Part shown: in pieces, positions 27,670-39,515 of the stretch
How the letters are laid out: every line of letters begins with the position of its first letter
How positions within the stretch are numbered: the stretch's first letter is position 1
DNA from: Iphione sp. A-MEVVRFRX5
Taxonomy: Eukaryota
Assembly (NCBI GenBank): GCA_976226885.1
Contig: OZ320318.1
Span: 77,252,001 to 77,316,000 of the forward strand
Length of the DNA: 64,000 bases
Reading direction: 5' to 3'
Program-made: the position numbers and the translations under genes
The notes under the pieces: model-generated
The model's input: only the letters and a program-made list of their open reading frames with translations
The model's database searches: none
What the model was told of the DNA's origin: nothing

Positions 27670-28849
27670 TGAACTAACGGAGATCTGCACAAGGCGCAGA
27701 ACAAGGCGCATGAAATTATATTGTTACCGTGGAAGCCACGGAGACCCGGTCACACTGGGAGCTAATTAAACGAATCTCATTGACTCATGTTAATTGTCTT
27801 CATCCGAAGCCGTAGGCCCCTGGTCGGGGAATTAGTGTTACCCTGGCCGAAACTAATCAGATTCCTGTGGTAGACAATATCAAATAACCTCAGGGACTTC
27901 GAATATTTCTTGCCCATTTGTTGTATCGGTTATAGGATGGGTATGACAGTGGATTTGAAATGGAACGATTCAGTGCCAAATAGTGAAATAAGTAGGTAAT
28001 AATTAAATAATTAAGTAATCAGATATTAATCATTAGATATTACCGAAATGGTTTCCAATCACAATATGTGCCCTGGCGAAATGGCTCTTAATTAATATCT
28101 GTGTAGATATAATGTGTAGTTGTCAGTAGGTGAGCAGCTTGACCCATGGACTCATGATGTACCCTGCCAGGGCTGGTAATGGGTACATTAGCCAAATACC
28201 GCACATATGCTGATTTAACATGCGGAGAATGCATGTGTATGAGCCTGAAACTTATACGTAGCCTTTAGATTAACCCAGCTGTCATGTCTGCACCATTTAA
28301 GCCTGCAGCGCAGTACATAGGATCCCTGCTTACCTAGACCTGGACAACGTTTTCATTAGTTGCCTCCCGCTTTTAGGATTGAAGGATTGAAGGATTTTCA
28401 TTCAACATTCTCCGATGTACATTTCAGAGCTTTCAGTTGTTAAAGTGCGAAATACAAGGTGTGCAGGAAGGTAATAAGACACATTGAGCAAAGAAGATTC
28501 GAATTACACGAGAAGCATTTAAAGGTATGACTATACAAGTTCCTGGTTACCATTATCTTGTCTGATCAACGCATTTAGCTAGCGTCTGGATATATGCATA
28601 GAACATAAACGAGATTGACTAGATAAACACACGGGGATACTTGTCTAAGCCTAATAGCTTTCTGACAAACACATCCTGGCTACCTTGTTGACAGTTATGA
28701 AACACTCATGCATTTAGACTAGACCATACATCTTACTCGTTGCTGGCATACTAAGTGCGCTTAGGAATACTTAAAGAAATGTGACTAACCCTCTACTGCG
28801 ACATCATATCAGGTACCAAAAGATTACATGAGGCAAGTGCTGCCTTGCT

Positions 28850-30150
28850 AAAGTTAATTGATACTGACATCACTGTACATATCATCCAAGAGCCCGACAA
28901 ACTCCTGTGTAGCTATCGATACATAAAGTCTCAAGTGATGATCAAGTCATAAGAAGTGACCCAGCTCAAAACTCCCAATGGCAAGGCCAAGGAGGGACAA
29001 AGTCAGTGATGAGAGGGAAGTAGGTTGTTAGACACAGCTGTTAGACGTGACATGAGCTAGAGGTGGAGAGAGCTTTAAAGCCACAGTCCGAGTTGGAGTA
29101 GTTAGTGTCTTTCTAGGAGGTAGGCATGCCAATTCACATTCACTGTGCAAGACTAGCATGTATCTGCCCCCTCACCGCACCTGCCAGAGTAGCACAGTCC
29201 TTTATGGAACGGGGAAAAGTTGTTCCAATACTGTGCTCCCCTGTACCGTAGGGACAGGGCAAACGTTGTGCTATGGGGTTTCTCCTTAGGTTTTCGTCAC
29301 CCCTCCTGGTCATGGACCGCTTGTCCAGTTGTAGCTATCCAAGACTGATCTGCGCTTTACGTTACAATATGACAGGTCCATATCTGGGTTACTTTCTTTT
29401 ACGTAAACCCTCAACCTATTTTGACCTCCTAAGATACATCCATTCACCGAGTATGTGAACGTGTATCTCTTGACTGAATGTTATTGAAACTTTACTAATG
29501 AGCATCTGCATAAGGCCCAGTTTCCATACCTGTGGAGATGTGCGGGAGACTGCAGGAGCCTTCCGTGTGGATTGATATATGATTATTTTTTCCCGCAGTC
29601 TCCTGCAGTCCCCCAAACAGGGGTGTTCCATACCTGTGGCAAACGCACAGGAATTAAGTGGGAAAAGTCACTCAAAAATGGCTTTCTCGGATTCAAATGG
29701 AGGTGAATATATTAGAATACCTCCTTGGGATTATCTAATATTTGACAGTTAGGTGGTTTTAGGCTGGGAATGATTTGAACTTAAGATAGACATATCATTC
29801 AAATTGAATATTTGGCCTACGATTCATCTCGACTTTAAGAAGACTCTCTTTTACTTCCTCATAATACTTAAATTAACCAACTCCAAATATGCAAAGGCTA
29901 AGTCTAAATACTTCACATTAATCAATGGAGTACAGCGAAATTCTATACTAAAATATCAATAGAATATACATGTAATAGGATTACAATCTGCCACCAGATG
30001 ACTAACCTGCCATTCTGGTAGAAGTAAAGCTATGCGTACATTAGATACCCCATAAAAGTGCACCATTCACCACCAATATAACATTGCAACGGGTATAGAG
30101 TGTCATGACGATTAAAAGGGGACTTTACACTCGACAAAGGCCATCTGAGG
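28850..30150 (+). mobile_element. Decayed CR1/L2-type LINE ORF2 fossil
   Basis: Remnants in order: KLLCSYRYIKSQ...LKTPNG (cf. KxFxxYIKSK...LxxxxG), LGMI...HIIQI (cf. LGVxxxxxLxWxxHI), YFTLI/MEYSEIL (cf. YxTLVRPxLEY), LQSATR (cf. QxxAAR). Many stops and deletions. Confidence 0.4.
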
Positions 30151-30579
30151 TAGAAGTTGATGATCTGTTTACCGTTCTGAAAATACGGCCGCTGATAAGC
30201 CGTATATGGGAGGCTGATTTAGAGGAAGGATCCTATGAACGCTAAGGCCTCCCCTGTAGGCCACTATATATCTCCGACAGAGGTCACCCCTCCGGTGACC
30301 CGGTGGCGCTCATGACCTTTTCTCCTTTAAATTTAGATCCAAGATACTTTTCACCGCCAGTGAAACATTATACACTTTCTTCCTGCTCTTTTTCCATACG
30401 ATGTTCTTGGGCTATGTTTCGTAAAGGCTCGTTCTCGTGCATATTTTAACAACAGTAATTCCCCTTCAGTTCTCCGAGGTTGCTGCTTCAAGCGTCAGTT
30501 ACCTGTTCCCTTCACCTCTTTTTCCTGCCCATTTAACAAAATAGATGTATCCACATTACATTATCATTTACCTAAAAGA

Positions 30580-31450
30580 AAGATTGTTTCTTAATCTAAC
30601 TGCGACCGGGTTCCGTGGAGACCGTTTGAATCCTCCATTTGTTATATATACAGGAGGCAGATTGTTAAAGTGAAGTCGGCTTCTTGTTGTGGAGTTCATC
30701 TTTTAACTCCTGCTGTCGAGTAGTAGGTCATTCAAGCTAGCGTCTTGGAGAGAAAATGAATTAATTTCACCTGACAAGGAAGGCGCAGAAATATGAGCTC
30801 GGTTTATCAACAGTGTTAGTGGACAGTATTATGGCATTGTACTATTCATTTGGGATGGGGCATGCGTGTATAGATGTATATGTGTATATGTGGACCCAGG
30901 AACCAGCCTCGTATCCGTACTATATGTATATTTGTATGTACATGTATATTTATGTACGTGTATATACTTTGAAAGTAGGTTAGTTTTATCCCTGACCATC
31001 CTCCCATACAACATTGTCATATGGCGTCAATTTTTAGCTTGATTCTGATACTCCTCACTACCAGTTGAATGACACAGGATATTATATTCCACGTGAGGGC
31101 TGTAGAGGTTGTGCTGTGTGAAGGTAATGTGGGAAACATGCTCCACGCCAGTAGTCACGTACTTTGTTAATCACCCAAGAGGACCTTTCCATTTAAAACC
31201 CCCCAGCAACCTGTAATCTGAGGTACTCTTAGCACAGTTAGGCCTGAGCTGTGGACCTGGCGCTATTGAGAAAACCAGTTTACAATCTCTTGCATTGAAG
31301 CCTTATACATCACGTTAAAACCATTTCCAAGTTCCATCTTTGATGTTGCTGTGTGCCTTAGAGGCCAATGTGGAAAGCGTTTGTCGATCTAAGAATCATT
31401 TCCGTTTTAATGGATCTATTCAGCATCTGATATCAAAGCATTCTTTCGCC
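30580..31450 (-). mobile_element. Decayed CR1/L2-type LINE 3' fossil, tail-to-tail with the previous one
   Basis: Minus-strand remnants: FLD..NAFHI (cf. FLDxxKAFDxV), GKVLLG (cf. QGSVLGP), NNLPPVYIT...FKR (cf. WNxLPxxVV...FK). Confidence 0.35.
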
Positions 31451-32984
31451 GTCGGTCTTTGGTTTCCGTCCTTTGTACTAGTCTTACCTTTGTTAGTGTG
31501 ATTCGTTTGCTTTTATATAAATACGTTTTATTCTATCATTCTAATATAAGCTGCTTATTTCACCAGTTACGTTTAAATTTTAAAGGTTTGTAGATGGCAA
31601 GGTGATGGTTAGTGTTGTAATAATATAATGTACATGTAGTTTATGTACAAAAGGTTTAAGGATTAAGGCAACTGTAGTGCACAGGGGACATGTGGTATTC
31701 CGGTACCTTGCTGAAGAAGCCTAGCTTAAGATTTGAGAGATTTAAGGATATTTAGCCTTTTATGTGATTTCCCCTATCTATAGATCTATAGCGAAATATC
31801 GGTATATTTCCTGATTGTATGACAAAGTATTTATTTTTTGCTAGTATTATACCACAAGTCAAAACAATCCATCTGTCTGAAATTTGATTTCAACTTCATT
31901 GGAAATTTGACTTACTTCGTCTGGCATTTCATCACGAAAACTGCCAACAAATCGTCGGGCATAATTTCAGCGGATATGTGATAAGGATCTCTCCCGGATA
32001 TAGAGACCTCCCACATGATAGGACCTTATCAGATGATGGGGATGCAACATGTTTGAAACTTGAACTGCTTCATGATATAGCACCGGTCCAGGGAGAAAGT
32101 GTCACCAAATCTGGGAATCTCTGAAAGGGATGATTGCTTCACTGTTAGACGCTATCTTACTGTTAGTGCCAGTTGCACAGTAAAGTGCTGCTAGATTTCG
32201 TATGGCAGATTCTATAATAATGGTAATGTACTGGCAGCATATCGAGCCAGTACTATAAATGTACTGTTTTTGTTACTGCAGACTCTGCGTAAAGGTAACA
32301 TAATAGATAATTCATACATCCTTTAGGCCTCAGTCATTATATATTTCTCTAACGTTAGATATAAATAATCAGATCATAGCAACCGCCTTAAAATCTATAG
32401 ATTGTATGTGAAAGATGTGCGTTATACATCATGCTCAGTAGCTTTGAACTCAGCTTTGAAGCTGTGAACCATACTGCTCTGGTCCTTGACCTGTTGATGG
32501 CTTTCGGGGAACCACATGTGGTTCGAATACTAATTGTTACTCAGTGACTTGCAGGTCTCACCTTTGGAAAGGTTTCAGTGGAGATTTCAACCAATTGAGT
32601 CCTGTTCTCTCTCAACTGTTGGTATCCATGCTTCTGCCCATCGTACCGTCAAATCTACCTGCAATATGTGCAGGGTTCGCACAACCTGCTAATCTACAAA
32701 TTGCTCCCATGCTTTAAATATATTTTTCTGTCTTTGGAAATTTAAAACATTAGTTGCCTCCCTGTTTGGCCTCCTCTGTTATATGGTGTTTAAATGGGTC
32801 TCCACTATACATAAATAAATGGTGGTCATGCTTTAAGTGAGATGGAACACCTTGTTAGTGACCGTACGTGACACATTGCTTGTCAGAAACTAAGTTGACT
32901 TTGCCTAATCGATCCCTATCTCTAAATATTTCAAATGCAACATCTAACACCTATTGCATCTAAAGCATAGTATTACATCAGGGT

Positions 32985-33200
32985 GGGGAGTTAGCTCAGT
33001 TGCTAAGAGTGCTGACTAGCACTTGTCCACACACTGAGAGGTCACAGGTTTAATCCCAGGTCTGGGACTCTTGATCACGACCAGACAGATTTACTTTAGC
33101 CTCAACCCATAGTGGTCTACACATCATAACAAAGCTGTGGCTGTATATGCTTATGTTCCCTATGCAAAAATACCCCAGAAATCTACTCGAAATAAGAGTA
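32985..33200 (+). mobile_element. tRNA-derived SINE (pol III head), degenerate
   Basis: A-box-like TAGCTCAGTTGCTAAG at 32992 and B-box-like GGTTTAATCCC at about 33047, with tRNA-like spacing. No intact cloverleaf; non-tRNA body follows. The 3' end is approximate. Confidence 0.6.
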
Positions 33201-34192
33201 GGGGAGTAGGGTGTAAAAATGGCCCGTTCACTTATCCATCAAAATATAACTTAATTAATCAATTTGAAAAGGGGTTTATGTGCCAAGGGTAGTGGTTTTT
33301 CGAAGGAAATCTTCCTAATTTTGTAATTATCCGCCTGGACGGTGACTTTTTTTTCACGAAAAGGAGCTTTTATCATTTTTAAAGTGCTGGAATGCTGATT
33401 GGTTGTCATTTTTATAAAAATAAGATTTTTTTGCTAAGCATAATTTTAATCTCATGCACCTAAGTTTAGAAACGCAAGCTCTAAAAAACCCTCATTACCG
33501 GTAATTGATTCTTCAGCGGGTTGTGTTTATGAAAATGTTCATTAAAGGAGCAGATGTTGTACATACCTATTAAACGGAACATCCTCTTCTGCCGCAGCAG
33601 CTACATGTCGACGTGGAACGGATTATGTGGTCAAAGGAGGACGTAAATGTATATCTTAATATAAACATCTCAAACGTTAATAATGCCTTTCTACACTAGG
33701 TGTCCCTCGCTAAAATCTATGCCATACATTTACTACCGTATTCATTTCAGAGCCCCGGAACAAGACCTGCGTGCAAGTGTACATTACGTGAAGGAAAATT
33801 ACAGCCATTGGTGTAATAGATAGTGGCACGATCATGATTTAAGTTGCAGCTCGCACCGTCTCGTCTGTGATGTGGTAGGGCCAGGTGGTCATCGAAACAA
33901 TGCGTCTTGTGTAACCCTAGTGGGTTCTTCCGACATGGAGACAAATTTAGCAATTTGGCTTTTTTTTACTCATTGGGGAAGGAGAAAAAGTGTGGCGCAT
34001 CTATTACCTGTTACTCTGTTGTGTCCACTAGGGTGTGGACGATTTTATTTTCTATGTGGATGTGCACGTTTATTCCAGGTGTAATGCAACGGGATTGCAT
34101 TGTTATAACAATAACTGACTAAATCAGCACATAATTATATGTATTAACACAAATAAAATAGATCGACATTTTCTTACAAGATAGTACTCTAA

Positions 34193-34211
34193 TAGCCGAT
34201 TGTTAGTGTAC
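34193..34211 (+). repeat. Left TIR of Harbinger
   Basis: TAGCCGATTGTTAGTGTAC, preceded by TAA. Confidence 0.9.
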
Positions 34212-35619
34212 AGGTTAAAGTTAAAACCGGGATTAACTAACCCGGGGGTTAAGTCCGCTGTCCGCTAGGTTAACTGAACCGGCTAACCGTGTTAGCGGAG
34301 ATTCAACTAAACCGCTCAGAATTTTATGTGTACTTTGGGATTGCTGGGAAACGGGAAAGCATTTTACGGAATAAAGTTTATTATTTGATTTTTGTGTCAT
34401 ATGTGTTCATGTTTTACTTGAAATAATGTAATTTAGTAAATATTGACATACTTTTGGCCTCTCGAATTTGTTAACATCACTACTTTATTTCTTATCTGAC
34501 GTCACCTGTAGTTGGTTACCATAGTTACTCGCGGGAAAGCACCGGCGCCCAGGGCTCAACCGCTGGCGCGGCATGACCGCAAGTGTGAAATATCATAGCA
34601 TGCTGGCCATATTGACAATAATATTGACTATTTAGTTGCCTTGACGTAATTCAAGGAAGGTACAACAATTTTGGACATTGTCTCAACACAATGGAGCAGC
34701 TGCAGTTATTACAGAAGCAAGTTCACGCGGGGACATCCGGATGAAGGAGCATGTATGCGAGGTTGTATTGTTCCTAGGTTTTCATTACATTTTTTTCCTT
34801 AGCTTCAAGTCATTGTAAAGCCCTTCAAACTTGCAAAACGACAACTTCATTGTCACTAGCAAATGAAGTAAGTAACGCTCAGAAAATATGCCAAAATGTA
34901 CTACCCTCATTCGGTACTCCTAGTTTGAATCTCTTATGGCGGATGTTTTGAGGCTATATCCGCCTTTACTGGACAATGGGCCGTAACATGGCTGTGAAGT
35001 TTTTTCTTAGCAAGCCAGATTGTTCTATCAACATACGACGTATTTTCCTCAGCTTTTTTCATTTGGTATCTGTACAAAGTTATGGATAGAAACACCTTTT
35101 GGTTGCCTCTGCTTCCTACGTACAACTTATTTTACCGGTAAGTATGAGAGGTTAATTATAATCACTCTATTGTATGTTATTTTGTGTATTTGTCTTTTTT
35201 GTAATATGCATCAATATTGTCAACATCTCGAAATAACCCGATCGGCCTTTGCCAGCGTTTGATGTGTATGTGGTGTGTATCCGCTGGTTGGTTGAAAGTA
35301 GGTCAAAGGCGGAAGTAGCGGGATGATTAAAGTGTGTCAGCTCGACAGAGCACTCCCGTACGGGTCAGAATAAATGATGACTTTGGGACTGTAGTATTTG
35401 TGGCGACTACTTAATTTAATGAGCGGAGGCTAAAACAATCCCTTTTTTTGGTCCTGTGCTATTTCTTTTCAAATACCGATAAACAGTCATCTGCGTGAGA
35501 CAACAGAATGTGCGAGTGAAAGCGATAATAGGTGCAGTTCATTTTCTAGTCCCGATCGTAAGTGGGTCTGCTTGGAGTTCAAAGGCCACATTTAGCTATT
35601 AGCTTAGATTTCTACCGAA

Positions 35620-38548
35620 ATGGGCAAGCAGAAACGGAAAAGGGAAGATTCTATTTCCGAAGATGAAGAGGGGCAGTCTGCATCTGCCAAACATTCACAC
35701 AACTACCGGGAAAAGCATAAGGCGTCCGATCCCAATTTTATGAGGGATGAAGCACGCAAGCGGTGGCAGCGGCGGATACTACAAAATTACGGTGAGTTAA
35801 CTATTTCGGTCCTTGATGCATCTCGTTATTAAATGTATATTTGTGGATTTGTCCGCGGTTAACAATATATTCAATGTATAAGTTTCCGCTAGTGATGGAT
35901 ATTTTTTTTTGTCATTTTTAATTTTTTTTGCGTGCCAAACCATTAGACTCCTTCTCGATTTTTCACATGAGCGTTCCAAAATTTTTTTTTTTTTTGTTTT
36001 TGTCCGTAACCTTTATGTGCTCAAATCATATTACTAATGTTTATTAAGTTTTTTAACGGGCTGGTACATAATGCAAGTAGTATTAGATTATTGCCGGAAG
36101 TATTTAAAAAATGACCATATGTAATTTTGCAAAGTCTCACTTAATGATGTCTATATTTTGGTGGTATTAATTTTAGATAGGAAATTTCCCCTTGTAATTT
36201 GTTGTACGTCTAAGAGCCTTTCAATCCTTGGGTCGTTGATGTTGGAATTATCTCATTATTTATGTGGAGAAACCTGTTCCGCTAAGCTAAAAGTAATCGT
36301 TGGATAAACATCCAACTAGTTCAGTAAGTGAAGTAAGGGAATGCGGTCATGAATTACACATTTGTAAAGCATGCAGGGAACTTTATGTTCTGTTCAATTG
36401 TTCGCAAGTGCTCTTCTCTATTCAGTAGTATTGTGTTATTACCAATGTTCCCAAAAGAACGGATGCATGAAAACATTTACCATTCTTTATACAGCTGATG
36501 GCAAGGAAATAACGAAACCCCAACGTCGCGACCTGGACGAAGCGGAATATTCAAATCGGGTCGCCTTCTACAATAGCATCGTCAGTAGAGTCGGCTACAA
36601 ATATCGCGAAGCACAAAACCAGCACGTGGTTTTCTTGTCAGATGATGAGGTGGAAGATAAAGGTAGTCCAGAACAGTCGGTGTTGGGGTCACCTGTTAAG
36701 GAAAAAGTGCAATCTCCTGACCTTGGACATCACGATGAAACGCCTAACCCAACACAAGCTGACAGGAAACAACACTTTTATGAATCCGCTGATTTGTCAG
36801 GTACTGCATCAGAAGCTGGTTCTGTCGCTGCAATACAAGCTGTTGGGCAGGACTTGGAAGAATATGAGTCGAATTCCTCCCGTTCTACACGTGGACATAA
36901 GGTACAGCCGAATAAGTCAGCTGTTGGAACTAGGCATCATAAACGCCAAAGGACTGATAGACACGGACAAAATATTCATCAAATCTCTGAACATGACTAT
37001 GACAGTCACGGACAATCTAGAGGATCTAGAGGATCAACCCACCTCCGTGAAGAATTGGAACATGTAACGTATGGTGGAGCTAGTCGTGGTGAGTTTAATG
37101 CCTTTTTCCATTTGTTAATTATTCCTTGCAGTAAATTATATCGAGAGACTTGTCTTAACGTGACCAAGTTGTATGTAATAACTGCAGTTACGTACGTAGG
37201 ACGAACTGACTGTATACATTGTAGCATATTGGATTTTTTTTTTTTCCACTCACTGATTTTGAATAAATCGAGTCTGGGCATTAGTTGTAATGCAAGCAAT
37301 GTTAAAAAAGGCCACTTGTTTCCTTCACTTTTGGTCACAGTGTAAATTAATGAATGATTTACATATGGATGTCTATTCTACATATTGGCCGGACGTTTGT
37401 ATCTTTTTGTATGGATTGTCTTCTTTTATATAGAATGGAAAAGTTCTACATTTCAGTCCTGCGTCTAGAACGTATTTGACTGTGTTTGTGATGTCGTTCC
37501 TCATTTGTTTCCTTTTGTAGACCGCGTTGTTGACTTGTGTGTCAGGCACCTATTACACCACGACACTGCGATAAAAGATCAGGATAACACAATACGTGAA
37601 CTGACGGATAAAATAGGGGAACTATCCGTGTCTACTGCTGAAGTTCATGCTTCACTTGATGCCCTTTCAGTTGAGCGTGAGGCACGCATGAATGATGTAG
37701 AGAAATTAGATACCCGAATGCAAAGACTCACGGTTGGTTCTCAAGAGTTAGCAGCAGTGAGAGAAGCGGTGCGGACTGAGGTTGAGGACCGGAGGCAGGC
37801 TATTTTCCTAGTTGGAGAAGTCGTCAAAGTCCGCATCAGTAAATGTGAAGACAAGATTTCGGCGGCAGTCAGTAAGTTCAACAGAGAATCCCCATGTACT
37901 GGAACTGGCTGCATTGAACGCATACAGAAGTTTGAGGAAGACATTGACCAAAGAATGAATGGTTTGAGAGATTTTCTAACTCAAGAATTGGACTCGATGA
38001 AGCAAATGATAGAGAATGGAATGGCCGGCATGGAAAGGAATATCTCTGATATGCTTGAACACTTCATTTCTTCAAGGTCAAAACTAGATTGCCGTGGCAA
38101 TGAGCAGCTAAATGTTGTAAAGGTTGAAACAACAGATGAAGATGTCATCCACTTGGGTGACATACAAGGGACTGCGGCGACGGCCGAAGCCGAAAGTGTG
38201 GACGATACACTAAAACTGACATCACCACATTGCGGACTGACTGAAAATACCGGAACTATGTCAGGCAGTTTGTCTGAAAAGACTAACGTACCTGATGTTT
38301 CTACTGCGAGAGTTCAAAGCATTTCTAAAGTCATCAGGGAGGATGATTTACCTGCCGGTATCAATATGTTGGACAGTGACATTCAGGAAGAAGTCAAACT
38401 TCACTGTCACCCTGAAATATTCACAGATTCTGATGCCGGACATATATTGGCGGTTACTTCTTGTGTTGAAGCGAGTAATGACGAAGTAGGGAGAGAGGGC
38501 AGTGCATCTTGCTCGGCGTTGACGTCAACGGACGGTAATGTTGTCTAA
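35620..38548 (+). CDS. Harbinger cargo gene X: predicted 597-aa protein, basic N-terminus, disordered middle, long coiled coil; function unknown
   Basis: Exons 35620-35791, 36495-37088, 37521-38548. Both donors are G|GTGAGT, acceptors are TTTATACAG and CCTTTTGTAG, and both introns are phase 1. The total of 1794 nt is open from ATG to TAA. Confidence 0.8.
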
Positions 38549-38685
38549 TTGATGTGAGGCATATAACTACAGTATATAGCAGATGTTATCCATAGTGATG
38601 GTTTTATAATCGACATATAGACTTTATTTTGCTATCTCTCATGCACATGAATAATTTATATTCATGAGCAAACGTTGATTCATAC

Positions 38686-39023
38686 GGACTTATAGTTTCA
38701 AGGCATATTTCAGACTTAGTACATTGTACATGTTACTCCAGCATAGATCCTTTTCATTTCCTGGTAAATTGCGGTACTACTTCGTTGTATTTGTTGCTAT
38801 CGAAGAGAAGTAATTTTTTTTTTCAGTAAATATCAGGCTCATGGATGATTTATATGCATGATCAAATGGTGATTCATTAGGACTTATAGGCATATTTCAG
38901 AGTTAGTGCATCACACATGGTACTCAAGCCTAGATCCTTCTCATTTAATGATACATAGAGCTTCTACTTCGTTGTTTTTGTTGCTATCCCAGAAAATTAC
39001 TTTTTTTTCAGTAAATATAAGGC
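38686..39023. repeat. Imperfect tandem duplication, about 190 bp period
   Basis: GGACTTATAG...GGCATATTTCAGA...TAGATCCTT...TACTTCGTTGT...TTTCAGTAAATAT at 38686-38838 and 38880-39023. Confidence 0.8.
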
Positions 39024-39515
39024 ATCAAACTATGCTAGAACTTATTTTTTTCGCAAAATTTTGTGCAGGAGATCTAATATGTACGTGCAGAATGGATAGA
39101 AAAAACAAGGGGAATTTTCAGGTCCATTATCTTTTATTTAATCATACAGTCCTTGGGTGAGGATATCTGCAAGAATGAAAAGGATACTAATTATTGGTTG
39201 GCATTCATTTTCGTTATTTCATGTGGACTGGTAAAAAAAAAATGCATATCTGGTTCCCTCCAATATTAAAGTATTATTCTGACATGTCTGCACATATGTC
39301 TTTGTCATATTGAATTTTCAACAATCAACATTTGCATGTTTGCAGATTTGGTATGTAAGTTTCACTAATATTTTGGCTTAGCTCAAAAAAAATTCTTGCA
39401 ACATATAACCTTTAGAAGTAATGCAACAAAGTAATGTAATTTTTCTTGAACACAGTAACCAATGCTTGAGATGAATATGAACATTCAACTGGTAAAAAGA
39501 ACACGAAAATCAAAC

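Noticed and set aside
32985-33067. Functional tRNA gene
   Set aside because: The B box is mutated (GTTTAATCC), no clean acceptor or anticodon stems form, and a non-tRNA body follows; better read as a SINE head.
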